Shown here in pieces: positions 47,644 through 57,849 of a DNA stretch of 64,000 bases. A program made the translations under genes and the position numbers. Position 1 is the first letter of the stretch, and each line of letters begins with the position of its first letter. Source of the DNA: a candidate division LCP-89 bacterium B3_LCP. GTDB lineage: Bacteria > Electryoneota > B3-LCP. Location of the stretch: assembly GCA_005223185.1 (NCBI GenBank), contig NJBN01000001.1, positions 309,210-373,209 of the forward strand, read 5' to 3'. The notes beneath the pieces were generated by a model, which saw nothing but the letters and a program-made list of their open reading frames with translations, was not told the origin of the DNA and searched no databases.

Positions 47644-48264
47644 ATGAAGAACATACTGACCATACCGAATTTACTGACAGTACTGCGTTTCATCCTGGTT
47701 CCGCTGTTCCTGTTCTGTTTTCTATCGGACCGGATGGCGTTGCAGATACTGGGCACTTTTTTATTTATCTTGGCGGCTCTGACGGATCACTACGATGGCC
47801 GCATCGCCCGCCGCTATCGCCAGGTTACTCAGTTCGGCAAATTTGCTGATCCTCTAGCGGATAAACTGCTGACATTAGCAGGTTTTGTCGCCATAGTCTT
47901 ACGTGATGAATTTGCGGCTGTGGCGGTTTATCTGGCGGTGATGGTAGGGATAATCGCTGTGCGCGAAATTGGTATCACCGTGCTGCGTATCTGGGCGATT
48001 ATGCGGGAGACACCGGTCATCACCAGCATGTGGGGTAAAGTCAAGACTACAGCGCAGCTATTCACCATAATCTTTACTCTGGTAATCCTGAATTTCAGAC
48101 AAATCACTCTGAAGGTGCCAGAGAGTGCCACCTATTACCCGGGCGATCAGGTAGTAACCTACGTTGTTAACGCGCTGATTTTCATCTGCATGATAATTAC
48201 CGTCATTTCAGGTATCCTTTACCTGAGCAGAAATCGTCTTGAACCCAATAATTCTGCTGCATGA
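47644..48264 (+). CDS. pgsA: CDP-diacylglycerol--glycerol-3-phosphate 3-phosphatidyltransferase
   Basis: CDP-alcohol phosphotransferase motif DHYDGRIARRYRQVTQFGKFADPLADK. Multi-TM. Confidence 0.8.
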   Translation: MKNILTIPNLLTVLRFILVPLFLFCFLSDRMALQILGTFLFILAALTDHYDGRIARRYRQVTQFGKFADPLADKLLTLAGFVAIVLRDEFAAVAVYLAVMVGIIAVREIGITVLRIWAIMRETPVITSMWGKVKTTAQLFTIIFTLVILNFRQITLKVPESATYYPGDQVVTYVVNALIFICMIITVISGILYLSRNRLEPNNSAA

Positions 48265-48736
48265 ACATTTTAAAGTAAACCTGGAACCCCCCTTGAAATT
48301 CCTCACCCTACTATTAGGTTCCGGACTCGGTTCGGGATATTTCCCCATAGCTTCAGGCACTGCCGGGAGTTTTGTGGCACTCCTGATATGGCTGGTTCTG
48401 CCAGAAATGACCCCTTTAGTACAGATTACATTTATCATCATCGCCTTTCTAATAGGCATTCCCATCTGTACGGTGATGGAAAACCGCTATGGACACGATC
48501 CCAAACAGGCGGTCTGGGATGAATTCGCGGGCCAGTGGACGGCGCTCTTACTACTTCCTAAAACTTTCCCGATCATAGCGGCATCGTTCTTGATCTTTCG
48601 TGTTTTAGATATATGGAAACCGTATCCCGCTCGAGCATCGCAGGATCTCCCCGGTGGGTGGGGAATCATGGTCGATGATTTAATTGTGGGAATATATACC
48701 TGCCTGTTGCTGCATTTATATCTGTATATATTTTAA
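48239..48736 (+). CDS. pgpA: phosphatidylglycerophosphatase A
   Basis: LGSGLGSGYFPIASGTAGS ... DEFAGQW ... VLDIWKPYPA ... VDDLIVGIYT are PgpA signatures. Start uncertain (ATG at 48239 overlaps pgsA by 26 nt, alternative TTG at about 48293). Confidence 0.7.
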   Translation: MNPIILLHEHFKVNLEPPLKFLTLLLGSGLGSGYFPIASGTAGSFVALLIWLVLPEMTPLVQITFIIIAFLIGIPICTVMENRYGHDPKQAVWDEFAGQWTALLLLPKTFPIIAASFLIFRVLDIWKPYPARASQDLPGGWGIMVDDLIVGIYTCLLLHLYLYIF

Positions 48737-48767
48737 ATCAGGATACATCAGTTCCGAGGTGAAACGA

Positions 48768-49868
48768 ATGGATTTTAAGCCTGCTCTGTACATGGAGTAC
48801 ATGAAATCCCAGGATTTCTCCCAAATTGAATGCAATCTGGCGATGTCTGACATTGATTGTCCTTACTCGTTGGCTGAATTGGGAATAACAGCTCGTGTGC
48901 TGGAAACAGGAGAATATCACTCCTATGGAAACCCGGAACTAAAGGAAGTTATCGCCGAACAGTACGGAGTCGATCCAGAACAGGTTCTGATACCCGGGGG
49001 CGGGTCTTCGCTGTGTAATTTCCTGGTGGCAGCAACGCTGTTAGGTCACAAAGATCAGGCTCTCGTAGAACGACCGACCTATGAACCGTTACGGTCAACG
49101 ATAGAATCGACAGGTGCTGAAATCCTTAATTTGCCCAGATCGTACCATAATTCCTTCAATGTAGATTTGGATGAATTGAACCATCTGATGAATCCTAAGG
49201 TTAAGTTGGTTGTGTTAACCCGCCTGCATAACCCATCCGGAAGGGATATGGAGCTAGATACTCTTCTAAAAATAGGCGAAAAAGCTGCTGAAACAGGTGC
49301 CTATGTGCTGGTAGATGAAGTGTATCTGGATTTCTTACCTGAGAATATCAGGAAGCCATCAACCAGTATTCATCCTCGCTTGATTGTGACGTCAAGCTTC
49401 ACCAAGGTGTACGGTCTGGGAACTTTAAGAATGGGTTGGGCGGTGGCGCCGAAAGATCTGGTGGAACAGTGCTGTCGGATAAACAACGTGCTGGGAGTAG
49501 TTCCGCCTATGGTTCCAGAGCAGATATCCCTGCAACTATTTCAAAGTGGCGGGATAAGTAGAATAGGGGCTTATGCCAGGCGTGGGGCAGGGGAGAATAT
49601 TGCGAGCGTTGCAAAATTCATCGCCAGCCAACCGCAGTTAGAATGGGTAGAGCCCTCGGCGGGAATTATTGGATTCATCCGGGTGAAGAGTATGGAAAAT
49701 ACCGATCCACTGGCTGAGAAGCTGCGTATGAAATTCCGTACGATGGTTATTCCTGGGAGTCATTTTGACATGCCGGATGGATTCAGATTGGGATTCGGCT
49801 GTGATCCATCGGAATTGAAAGAAGGACTGCGCAGGATCAGCTTAGCGCTGAATGAAACGGATTCATAG
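48768..49868 (+). CDS. class I/II PLP-dependent aminotransferase
   Basis: Aminotransferase I/II-like pattern with the PLP-lysine region SSFTKVYGLGTLRMGW. Start at the ATG after RBS gaggtga. Confidence 0.65.
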   Translation: MDFKPALYMEYMKSQDFSQIECNLAMSDIDCPYSLAELGITARVLETGEYHSYGNPELKEVIAEQYGVDPEQVLIPGGGSSLCNFLVAATLLGHKDQALVERPTYEPLRSTIESTGAEILNLPRSYHNSFNVDLDELNHLMNPKVKLVVLTRLHNPSGRDMELDTLLKIGEKAAETGAYVLVDEVYLDFLPENIRKPSTSIHPRLIVTSSFTKVYGLGTLRMGWAVAPKDLVEQCCRINNVLGVVPPMVPEQISLQLFQSGGISRIGAYARRGAGENIASVAKFIASQPQLEWVEPSAGIIGFIRVKSMENTDPLAEKLRMKFRTMVIPGSHFDMPDGFRLGFGCDPSELKEGLRRISLALNETDS

Positions 49869-50008
49869 AGTTGCGAAATGAAGCTCTTTCTGCGTTAAAC
49901 AGGCCATCCTAATCCAGATTTCAGCAGGAAAACCCATCATTACTTAAGGCATGGTATTTGTAAATCTCTCTGTGAGCAGGTTTGAAATATGTTAAAAATG
50001 AGATATTG

Positions 50009-51232
50009 ATGCTGATTTTAGAATCGATACGCATGGCGCTCTCCGCCATCATAACCCACAAACTGAGATCATTCCTGACTTTGTTAGGGGTTATAATTGG
50101 CGTAATGACCATTATCGGTATGATGACCGTAATACGTGGGCTGCAATTACAGATCGAAAAACAGATGACTCAGCTTACCACGGATGTCTTCCAACTGCAG
50201 CGGTTCGACAGCGGGATATCTTTTGACGGAGATAGACGGGATCGCACCAGACCCAAGCTCACCCTGGAAGAGGCGGAAGCGATAGCAGAGCATTGTCCAT
50301 CAGTTTCCTTGGTGGGACCGGAGGTGTGGAAGTTCGGACAATGGGTTACTCGCGGCAAGGAAAGGACCAACCCCAACATGGTAATCGCCGGCGGTTATCC
50401 TGAATTTGCTCCTAATAACGGGTATAGCATAGATAAGGGTCGTTTCATTTCCTATGACGACGTTGAACATTCCCGCCGCATAGTAGTGATTGGGAGCGAT
50501 TTGGTGAAGAAGCTGTTTCCGTTCGATGATCCTTTGGATAAGCAGATACGCCTGGGAACAGGGCGATTCCGTGTTGTAGGGGTCTTTGAGGAGATGGGCA
50601 GCAGTTTCGGGAATACCAGGGATAACAGAGTGGTGATGCCCTTTTCAACGTTTCAGAATTTGTATGGCAAGCGCAGGTCTATAAACGTCACTGTGAAGGC
50701 TAAATCATCTGAGGTATTCGAGCAGGCGAAGGAAGAAGTCATCGCGCTGATGCGCAACATGCGTGGACTTAAATCGCACGAACCCAATAACTTCGCTATA
50801 TGGTCTCCTGACAACTTGATCGATGATTTCAACCAGATGACTTTCTGGGTCAAAGTGGCGGCAATAGGAATTTGTGCGATTTCCCTTTTGGTTGCCGGAA
50901 TAGGCATTATGAACATTATGCTGGTTTCGGTTACGGAGCGCACACGTGAAATCGGCGTTCGCATGGCAATCGGCGCTAAAAAAGTGAATATCCTCTGGCA
51001 GTTTTTAGTTGAAGCTGTCATTTTATCTGAAGTTGGTGGTATTATTGGGGTTGTAATAGGGATAATTCTGCCGATATGGGCGGGTAAGGCTTTTAACATA
51101 CCGGCGGCGGTGCCATTATGGGCTATCGTTTTAGGGCTGGTCTTCTGTTCATTTGTGGGGATAGTTTTCGGGCTGTGGCCGGCTTTAAGAGCGGCTAAGT
51201 TGGATCCTGTGGAGGCGCTGCGGTGTGAATGA
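50009..51232 (+). CDS. ABC transporter permease, FtsX/MacB family
   Basis: N-terminal TM with KLRSFLTLLGVIIGV, a large periplasmic loop, and three C-terminal TMs ending ...PALRAAKLDPVEALRCE (canonical MacB/FtsX C-terminus). Confidence 0.7.
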   Translation: MLILESIRMALSAIITHKLRSFLTLLGVIIGVMTIIGMMTVIRGLQLQIEKQMTQLTTDVFQLQRFDSGISFDGDRRDRTRPKLTLEEAEAIAEHCPSVSLVGPEVWKFGQWVTRGKERTNPNMVIAGGYPEFAPNNGYSIDKGRFISYDDVEHSRRIVVIGSDLVKKLFPFDDPLDKQIRLGTGRFRVVGVFEEMGSSFGNTRDNRVVMPFSTFQNLYGKRRSINVTVKAKSSEVFEQAKEEVIALMRNMRGLKSHEPNNFAIWSPDNLIDDFNQMTFWVKVAAIGICAISLLVAGIGIMNIMLVSVTERTREIGVRMAIGAKKVNILWQFLVEAVILSEVGGIIGVVIGIILPIWAGKAFNIPAAVPLWAIVLGLVFCSFVGIVFGLWPALRAAKLDPVEALRCE

Positions 51233-51238
51233 GTTGTA

Positions 51239-52396
51239 CTAATCTGTTATCTCTGCATTTGTCACTTCAATAATCGTTACTTCCGGCGGCGCCAGGAAAC
51301 GTATCGGTGGTCCCCAGCTTCCCGTGCCCCTGCTCACATAGAGATGAGCGCCATCAGCTAACTCGTGATATCCTGAATTGGCTATGAAGAAGAGACTCGT
51401 CAAGAGGTTGAAGGGGAAGATCTGACCTTTGTGAGTGTGCCCGGACAACTGCAGGTCGAAGGGGATAGTTAGATTATCCGCCACAGGTTGATGTTTCAGT
51501 AGAAGAACGAAGAGGCTATCGGGGTTATTCACCGATAGCGTTTTACTTTCAGGGGTGCGCCCGGGTTTCATCTGTCTTCCGGTGGGATCATCGACACCGG
51601 CTATAATCATCACGCCAGGTATTTTGAAAGATTCTCCCCGCAGCATAAGAAAACCCGCTTCCTCAGTAAACCGCAAGGCGTTTTCCAAACCGGCGTAGAA
51701 CTCATGGTTGCCCGTTACTGCGAATTTGCCGTAAATCGGATTTATTTCCTTTAAGACGTCAGTCAACTCGCTGATTGAATGCAAACTTCCATCCACTAAA
51801 TCCCCGGTTGATACGATTATATCCGGTTTCTCTTCTTTTAGTATGCTTGCTATCCTTTTAAGCCGGGTCTTTCCCTGCGTCAATCCTAAGTGAACGTCGG
51901 AAACTTGAGCGATTTTAATGGTACCTGCTGAGGTGGGTATTTTAGGTGAGCGTATCGTTAGTCTCTCTATAAGTAACAACCGCGCTTCGAAGAAACCGTA
52001 ACAGGTTATGAACAGAGCCAGAGTCATTGGTATCATAAACACCAATCGAGATTTAAGGGTCAATCGGGAGACGTCGATATGGAAGAATCTATCTAATGCG
52101 TACAATACAAGTCTGTAAATATCAATCTCCAGCGAAAGCCAGAGGAACAGGAGCAGCAATGCCATCCAACTGAAACCGATATATGCCAGGATGCGAGCGG
52201 TCAAGATGTGTCCCGATCTATCCGATATCTGCACCAGGATCGGCGCTGCCAGCATGGTTGCCAGGAAGGCTATCAGGATCAACCGCGAGAGGTCATCTAA
52301 AGTGAAGGCAGAGTTAAACCTCAGGTAGAAGAGAAGGTGGAAAGACCCATATACTATGAGAAAGATTGAAAGAAAAATTAACATAATGCCTTGCAA
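51239..52396 (-). CDS. membrane-anchored calcineurin-like metallophosphoesterase
   Basis: About 5 N-terminal TM helices, then IAQVSDVHLG ... STGDLVDG ... GNHEF ... GHTH, the phosphoesterase motifs. Confidence 0.7.
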   Translation of the reverse strand: MQGIMLIFLSIFLIVYGSFHLLFYLRFNSAFTLDDLSRLILIAFLATMLAAPILVQISDRSGHILTARILAYIGFSWMALLLLFLWLSLEIDIYRLVLYALDRFFHIDVSRLTLKSRLVFMIPMTLALFITCYGFFEARLLLIERLTIRSPKIPTSAGTIKIAQVSDVHLGLTQGKTRLKRIASILKEEKPDIIVSTGDLVDGSLHSISELTDVLKEINPIYGKFAVTGNHEFYAGLENALRFTEEAGFLMLRGESFKIPGVMIIAGVDDPTGRQMKPGRTPESKTLSVNNPDSLFVLLLKHQPVADNLTIPFDLQLSGHTHKGQIFPFNLLTSLFFIANSGYHELADGAHLYVSRGTGSWGPPIRFLAPPEVTIIEVTNAEITD

Positions 52397-52556
52397 GTGT
52401 TAATTTTTTATATTATAATACGCACTAAATTAAAATGATACAACCGATTTATGTCTTAAATTGGGAAATGATTCACTATGAGTCTATAAAAATTTAGGAT
52501 TAACTGATCCAGAATTCGTTATATAACCAATAATCCAAAAAGAGGCGGAGGAACCC

Positions 52557-53783
52557 ATGAAAAAAATCATCATCGGAACTTTAGTGCTGTTGATGGTAAT
52601 CAGCACTATCGCTTTCAGTGCCGACGAGCTTACAGTAACTGCGCAGTTGCGTCACAGGTTTGAAATGAGTAACAAGGATTTCAACAGTGGAACTGCTTTC
52701 AACGATGTTAACCTTCTGAGAACGAGGTTGGGCGTCAAGTTCGCACCTTCAGACGATCTGTTCGCTTTCGTTCAGATGCAGGATTCCCGTAAATTCGGGG
52801 AAGAAAGAGGCACGTTAGCCGATGACACATTACAAAATGGCATGCCCGATGATCTGGATCTGCATCAGGCTTATTTTCTAGTTAAGGATCTCTTCGATCT
52901 TCCCCTGGATGTGAAGATCGGTAGAATGGAAGTCGTTTACGGTCCTCAGAGGTTGATCGGATCTGTCGGCTGGCATAACATAGGGCGCAGCTTTGACGGT
53001 TTCATCTTCAAATTGCACTTCGACAAATTCTCTGTCGATCTCTTCAACTTGAAAGAGGTTGAAGCGAGTATGAACGGCGATTTAGGTGATAAAAACATCT
53101 TCGGTGCCTACGCGGATTTCGACTTGATCGAATCACACAAAACGCAGGCATTCCTGATCTGGCAGCAGGAGCGTCCCGTGGAGCTTTTGGATCGCTATAC
53201 AGCCGGGATATACGCTAAGGGAAATTTGAACGGCTTCCATCATGAAACGGAATTTGCCATTCAAGGCGGAGCTAAAGACAATGATACTACCAGTGTATCG
53301 GCTATGATGTTCGCTCTGAACGTAGGTTACAAGTTCAAAGACGTCGGTTTCAAGCCTGATCTCACGGTGGGTGTCGATTACCTGAGTGGCGACGATGATC
53401 CTAATGATAACACCTGCAAAACGTTCGATACCATGTACGCCACTAATCACAAGTACTACGGTTACATGGATTATTTTCCGGCTAATATGATGGATTTGGG
53501 ACTGATGGACATGCATGCCAAGGTAGCTATCAAGCCTACAGCGGAATGCACCATGAAATTAGCCTATCACATGTTCCAGGCTAATCAGAACTACATTCTG
53601 TTAGATGGATCAGAATCAAAGAACTTCGGAAGTGAAATTGACCTGACCATGAAGAGGAAGTACAATGATCATGTCTCCTTCGTACTAGGTGCGTCTCTGT
53701 TCACTCCTGGTGAGATCTTCAAGGAGACCATGGGTGACAAAACTTCCACCTGGTTCTACCTGATGACGCTGGTGAATCTATAG
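52557..53783 (+). CDS. outer-membrane beta-barrel protein (alginate-export/porin-like)
   Basis: Signal peptide (AFSADE) and amphipathic beta-strand-rich sequence throughout. Confidence 0.45.
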   Translation: MKKIIIGTLVLLMVISTIAFSADELTVTAQLRHRFEMSNKDFNSGTAFNDVNLLRTRLGVKFAPSDDLFAFVQMQDSRKFGEERGTLADDTLQNGMPDDLDLHQAYFLVKDLFDLPLDVKIGRMEVVYGPQRLIGSVGWHNIGRSFDGFIFKLHFDKFSVDLFNLKEVEASMNGDLGDKNIFGAYADFDLIESHKTQAFLIWQQERPVELLDRYTAGIYAKGNLNGFHHETEFAIQGGAKDNDTTSVSAMMFALNVGYKFKDVGFKPDLTVGVDYLSGDDDPNDNTCKTFDTMYATNHKYYGYMDYFPANMMDLGLMDMHAKVAIKPTAECTMKLAYHMFQANQNYILLDGSESKNFGSEIDLTMKRKYNDHVSFVLGASLFTPGEIFKETMGDKTSTWFYLMTLVNL

Positions 53784-53808
53784 AAGAATTGAGAACCTTC
53801 AACCAGTG

Positions 53809-53841
53809 TAAAAACCCCGGTCGTACAGATCGGGGTTTTTC
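53809..53841 (+). terminator. rho-independent terminator
   Basis: aaaaaccccgg-tcgtacagatc-ggggttttt. Confidence 0.65.
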
Positions 53842-53868
53842 TTATGCTGTTTTGTAAGGCAATGAAAA

Positions 53869-54001
53869 TGGGGCTATCCCCAAAGTGTCACTCTGAGCGA
53901 AGCGAAGAGTCTCTTTAATACGTAAATTGCAGAATGGCAAGAGATTCTTCGCTACACCTTCGGCTTGCTCAGAATGACTTTAACACTTTTGAGATAGCCC
54001 C
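53869..54001. repeat. about 130-nt imperfect palindrome (long inverted repeat) between convergent genes
   Basis: Left arm ggggctatccccaaagtgtcactctgagcgaagcgaagagtctc. Right arm gagattcttcgctacaccttcggcttgctcagaatgactttaacacttttgagatagcccc. The arms are reverse complements with a few indels. Confidence 0.5.
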
Positions 54002-54024
54002 TTAGGGATCATTCTATTTTTAGA

Positions 54025-54858
54025 TTATTCCAATTCCTTCAGTCTCTCCTCAGCCTGAGAGGCTTCCGGAGTTGCAGGGTGGTTCTGGATTAACTCTCCG
54101 AAGGTGGCTTTCGCTTCTTCTACCTGTTTTAGAGTAATCTGGCACAAACCAACTTTGAAAAGTGCGGCGGGAAGCTTATTGCCGTTGGGGTATTTTTCAC
54201 ATATCTGTGCGAAGATATCCTTGGCTCTTTCGTAATTATGGTTGACATATTCAGTTTCACCCAACCAGTAAAGAGCATTGTCCGCCAGTTCCGTATCGGG
54301 GTAGATTTTAAGGTATTCACTGAAGCCACTTTTTGCCAGATCATAGTTACCCCGAGTCAGATCGAAGTAGGCTTGATCGTAAAGCTGGCGAAGTTCAGGA
54401 TTTATTATTATAGTTGCTTCCAGTGAATCGGTGGGTATGGTTCTCGGTGTCTGGTATTTCATCTCATCCACACTTTGAGCCACACCGGTCAAGCGCTGTG
54501 ATAGATCGTTAATCTGCGCTGACAGCATCAGTCCCTGCCCCTCATAATCATCAAGACGGCTGCCCATGTAAGCCTTGAATTGACGAACGTCAGATTGAGT
54601 AGCCATATCCTCGACCAAACGATCCTGACGCATCTGCACGGCATCCACCTGCATGCGCAGATTCTGCAAGTTGAGATTGACCGTATCCAGTTTGGTACGG
54701 ATGTATTCGGAGTTCTCCTTAAAAGAGAGGATCTCACTCCTCGATGCACACCCGTTGAATCCAATTGCAGATACGAAGAAGAAGAGACACATAATGGGGA
54801 ATCCATAACTACCGACCGCAGATTTGAATTCCCCATTTGACTTTACACCTGAAATCAT
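54025..54858 (-). CDS. cpoB: Tol-Pal system protein YbgF/CpoB (coiled-coil plus TPR)
   Basis: Signal/TM, a coiled-coil segment, C-terminal TPRs (YDQAYFDLTRGNYDLAKSGFSEYLKIYPDT...ALYWLGETEY). Last gene after pal. Confidence 0.7.
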   Translation of the reverse strand: MISGVKSNGEFKSAVGSYGFPIMCLFFFVSAIGFNGCASRSEILSFKENSEYIRTKLDTVNLNLQNLRMQVDAVQMRQDRLVEDMATQSDVRQFKAYMGSRLDDYEGQGLMLSAQINDLSQRLTGVAQSVDEMKYQTPRTIPTDSLEATIIINPELRQLYDQAYFDLTRGNYDLAKSGFSEYLKIYPDTELADNALYWLGETEYVNHNYERAKDIFAQICEKYPNGNKLPAALFKVGLCQITLKQVEEAKATFGELIQNHPATPEASQAEERLKELE

Positions 54859-55457
54859 CTGATTACCAGAACGGCACGGCGGTTCTGGGACCAGGCATCC
54901 TCACCATGTCCCATGGTGGCGGGACGCTCTTCACCGTAACTGACTGTAGTGAAACGAGGTGCATCAAGCCCGTAGTTGATGAAGAAGTCCTTGACGGTAT
55001 TCGCTCGGCGTTCTCCCAGAGCCAAGTTGTACTCGTCTGTGCCTCTTTCATCGCAGTGCCCTTCGATCAGGACCTGCCAGTCACCGTACTTAGAAAGTAC
55101 GCCTGCGTCGAAATCAGCAGCCGTACGCGCATCACTGCGGAGGTTGTATCTGTCAAAGTCGAAGAAGATAACCTGCAGTGAAGATTTAGCAGCCTGCTCT
55201 GCCGCTAAAAGTGCTTGTTCGGCTTCCATCGCTGCCTTTTTTGCCGCTGCTTGTTGTGCAGCTAACATGGCTTCTTCTGCAGCTTGGATGCTGTCCTGTC
55301 GCGCTTGTTCGAGTTCCTCTGGAGTAGGTCCTGGCGGTTCTACCACAGGCTCTGGCTTCTGAGCACAGCCTGCAATTAAGAGACCTATCAACAGAACTAT
55401 GCCTGCCCAAAGGATAATTCGTGATAAATTTTTGTTTTTCATTGGATTTCCTTTCAA
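54855..55457 (-). CDS. pal: peptidoglycan-associated lipoprotein Pal (OmpA-family)
   Basis: Lipobox LIAGCAQ, an Ala/Gln-rich linker, and the OmpA C-like domain (FDFDRYNLR...LIEGHCDERGTDEYNLALGERRA). Confidence 0.85.
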   Translation of the reverse strand: MKGNPMKNKNLSRIILWAGIVLLIGLLIAGCAQKPEPVVEPPGPTPEELEQARQDSIQAAEEAMLAAQQAAAKKAAMEAEQALLAAEQAAKSSLQVIFFDFDRYNLRSDARTAADFDAGVLSKYGDWQVLIEGHCDERGTDEYNLALGERRANTVKDFFINYGLDAPRFTTVSYGEERPATMGHGEDAWSQNRRAVLVIR

Positions 55458-55475
55458 ATAATGGTGTTATTTTGT

Positions 55476-56801
55476 TTATTGTTCTGTCGTTATCGATTTT
55501 TCAGTTTCTACGTTTAGAACCGGTGACCAGGTCGGATTGGAACAGGACATTCTTAAGTTTGTGAGTCTCTCCTCGTTGTGCCCGAAGACGTCCATCGTGT
55601 AAATCTGCTTGGTGCCGATTCTATTAGAAGTAAAAGCTATTCGTAGTCCGTCCGGTGACCAGGTGGGGCCCAGGTTATCACCCGGTCCTGAAGTCAGTTT
55701 CACGTGGTTTTCGCCCTTGGGATCAGTGACGAAGATCTGGAAACCGTCATCGCATCTGCGGACATAAGCTATCAGATCGCCTTTGGGTGACCATGCCGGA
55801 GAATCGTTATATTCGCCTTCGGTGGTCAGACGCCTCTGGTTGGCTCCATCCGCATCCATTATGAAGACTTGAGGTCTTCCCAATCGATCAGACGTGAAAG
55901 CCAGTTCATGTCCAGTAGGTGACCAACTTGGTGAAGTCTCTATTGCCCAGCTATAGGTCAGCCTGCGGATTTCCGTCCCATCGATCCGGCAGACGTATAT
56001 TTCAGAATTGCCATCAGCAGAAGAACTGAAGGCGATCCTTTGGTTATCCTGAGACCAGTCTGGAGCTTGATCGACTCCAGGCGCTGAAATCAGCGGAGTT
56101 ACACTGCCTTCATCCAGACTCAAAACATATAGATCAGCTTGATCCCGCAAGAAGCTGGTGAATGCAATCTTGGTGCCATCCGGTGACCAGGCAGGCGACA
56201 GGATTGTGTTCTCTTCGTGCGTGTGTTTGAACAGTTCAAAACCGTCAAACGTAGTGGAGAATACTTCCTTTATACCTCCGGCATAACCAATGAAGGCTAT
56301 ACGGGTTTGGGTAACCGAAGGTTCCCCTGTCATCATGCGGATGACGTCCGCTGAAATTCGATGAGCAACAGCTCGTGATCGTTCAGGTCGGAAATCATAG
56401 TTCTCCTTCCAGAACGATTCATCCGTAAGCTGGCTGCGCAATAGCATACTTACCCGGCAGGAATCAGAATCAGAAGCAAATTCACCTTCCAAATAGGTCA
56501 TTCGCTCTTCCATCTGACCTCCAATACTGGTATCCGGCGGAAGATTAGGAAGGCGAAGATTGAACATACCGCTCAAGGTCAGGTCTCTGACGAGAACTCT
56601 TTCTAAGGTATCCTGCGCACTTGCTTTCAGGCTGTCTGCCGGTTTCGTTCCTAAGTAATGCAGTGGTATGCGATTGGTTAAGGCTACCCTGCTGCTTAGA
56701 AACACCTCCCAGAGTTTTGATCCTGCTTTCTGTTCCGGATTATGCTGAGCGTTTGCAGTAACGCAGAAGCAACATATTAGAAGCCAGAAAGTATATTTCA
56801 T
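55476..56801 (-). CDS. tolB: Tol-Pal system beta-propeller protein TolB
   Basis: Signal peptide. Repeated TolB propeller blades (SPAWSPDG..IAF, PDWSQDNQRIAFSS..GNSEIYV, SPSWSPTGHELAFTSDR). Confidence 0.85.
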   Translation of the reverse strand: MKYTFWLLICCFCVTANAQHNPEQKAGSKLWEVFLSSRVALTNRIPLHYLGTKPADSLKASAQDTLERVLVRDLTLSGMFNLRLPNLPPDTSIGGQMEERMTYLEGEFASDSDSCRVSMLLRSQLTDESFWKENYDFRPERSRAVAHRISADVIRMMTGEPSVTQTRIAFIGYAGGIKEVFSTTFDGFELFKHTHEENTILSPAWSPDGTKIAFTSFLRDQADLYVLSLDEGSVTPLISAPGVDQAPDWSQDNQRIAFSSSADGNSEIYVCRIDGTEIRRLTYSWAIETSPSWSPTGHELAFTSDRLGRPQVFIMDADGANQRRLTTEGEYNDSPAWSPKGDLIAYVRRCDDGFQIFVTDPKGENHVKLTSGPGDNLGPTWSPDGLRIAFTSNRIGTKQIYTMDVFGHNEERLTNLRMSCSNPTWSPVLNVETEKSITTEQ

Positions 56802-56808
56802 AAGCCGG

Positions 56809-57438
56809 TTAATCCGACCCGACAAATTCAAAGTGTACCCCCAGACGATCCGTTGCAAATGCCGGTGGCAGTGCTGGTAGTGGATTTGACCTTAATACCG
56901 CTCGTTGTGCTTCCTGATCGAAGAGAAAATGCCCGGACTTTCCTTCCAGCTTGACGTCGGATATTCTGCCCCTTCGGTCGATTTGGAAGTAAACGACAGC
57001 TTTCAGTCCTTTTGCTTCCTTGGAACTGATAATCGGCTTGAAGTTCGTCAATATCTTTATCTGAATATTGCTTAAATAATAAGGGTAAGGAAAATCGGCG
57101 CCTTCCAGTCGTAACTGGTTCGAGCCTCCACCGACTGTCGGTTCGGATGGGGTGTTCTTTTCAGCTTTCTGCTCTGCTTTCCCCGTTAACGTTTTCTTTG
57201 CAATACTCTTCTGAACCGGTTTTGCCTTGGGTTTGGCTTCAGTTTTCGCTTGTTTAGGCTGCTCTGCCGCTTTGACAAGCGTCGGTTCAGGTTTTCCGGG
57301 AACGGCAACCAACTTTACGGGACGATACCTTAACAGTTGCTTTGGCATCGAAGCAGGGAACCTGGCTGAAATGAGAATCAATCCAATAACTGCCAGATGA
57401 AGTACCCCTGATAATATATAGGCATTGCGCACTGCCAT
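56809..57438 (-). CDS. tolA: TolA/TonB-family energy transducer (short, TonB-C-like C-terminus)
   Basis: N-terminal TM, a Lys/Ala/Pro-rich linker, and a C-terminal TonB_C-like domain. Position between tolR and tolB. Confidence 0.6.
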   Translation of the reverse strand: MAVRNAYILSGVLHLAVIGLILISARFPASMPKQLLRYRPVKLVAVPGKPEPTLVKAAEQPKQAKTEAKPKAKPVQKSIAKKTLTGKAEQKAEKNTPSEPTVGGGSNQLRLEGADFPYPYYLSNIQIKILTNFKPIISSKEAKGLKAVVYFQIDRRGRISDVKLEGKSGHFLFDQEAQRAVLRSNPLPALPPAFATDRLGVHFEFVGSD

Positions 57439-57441
57439 AAT

Positions 57442-57849
57442 CTATTTAGGACCCGAAGGTACGGTAACTAACCCAACGTCCACAGCGCCAGCTTTCCTTA
57501 GAATATCCAGCGCCGATACAATTTCCTGATAGGGAAGTTCACCATCAGCGCGTACGAAAACCGGTCGGGGATTTTCCGGTGAAAAGATCTGCCTGAAGGC
57601 GCTGGTGAAGTCTTCCTTAGTGACCTGACTGGCATCTATGAAATAAATGCCGTTCTTGCCCAGAGTTATTTCGATGCCTTCCTGCGACCGTGGCTGGGCG
57701 CGTGTCGAAGTCGGGAGACTGATATCATATACGCTCTTCAACATTGGTGCGCTGATCATAAAGATAATCAGCAAAACCAGGAAGACGTCTACTAAAGGAG
57801 TGACGTTGATGTCAGCCATGCGCGACTGTTCGAACTGCACCTGATTCAT
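57442..57849 (-). CDS. tolR: TolR/ExbD biopolymer transport protein
   Basis: INVTPLVDVFLVLLIIFM signature. Confidence 0.8.
   Translation of the reverse strand: MNQVQFEQSRMADINVTPLVDVFLVLLIIFMISAPMLKSVYDISLPTSTRAQPRSQEGIEITLGKNGIYFIDASQVTKEDFTSAFRQIFSPENPRPVFVRADGELPYQEIVSALDILRKAGAVDVGLVTVPSGPK

Noticed and set aside
54837-55362. Plus-strand ORFs (114 and 128 aa, Ala/Ser-rich) antisense to pal
   Set aside because: They are the mirror image of the Ala/Gln-rich Pal linker on the opposite strand. pal is strongly supported.
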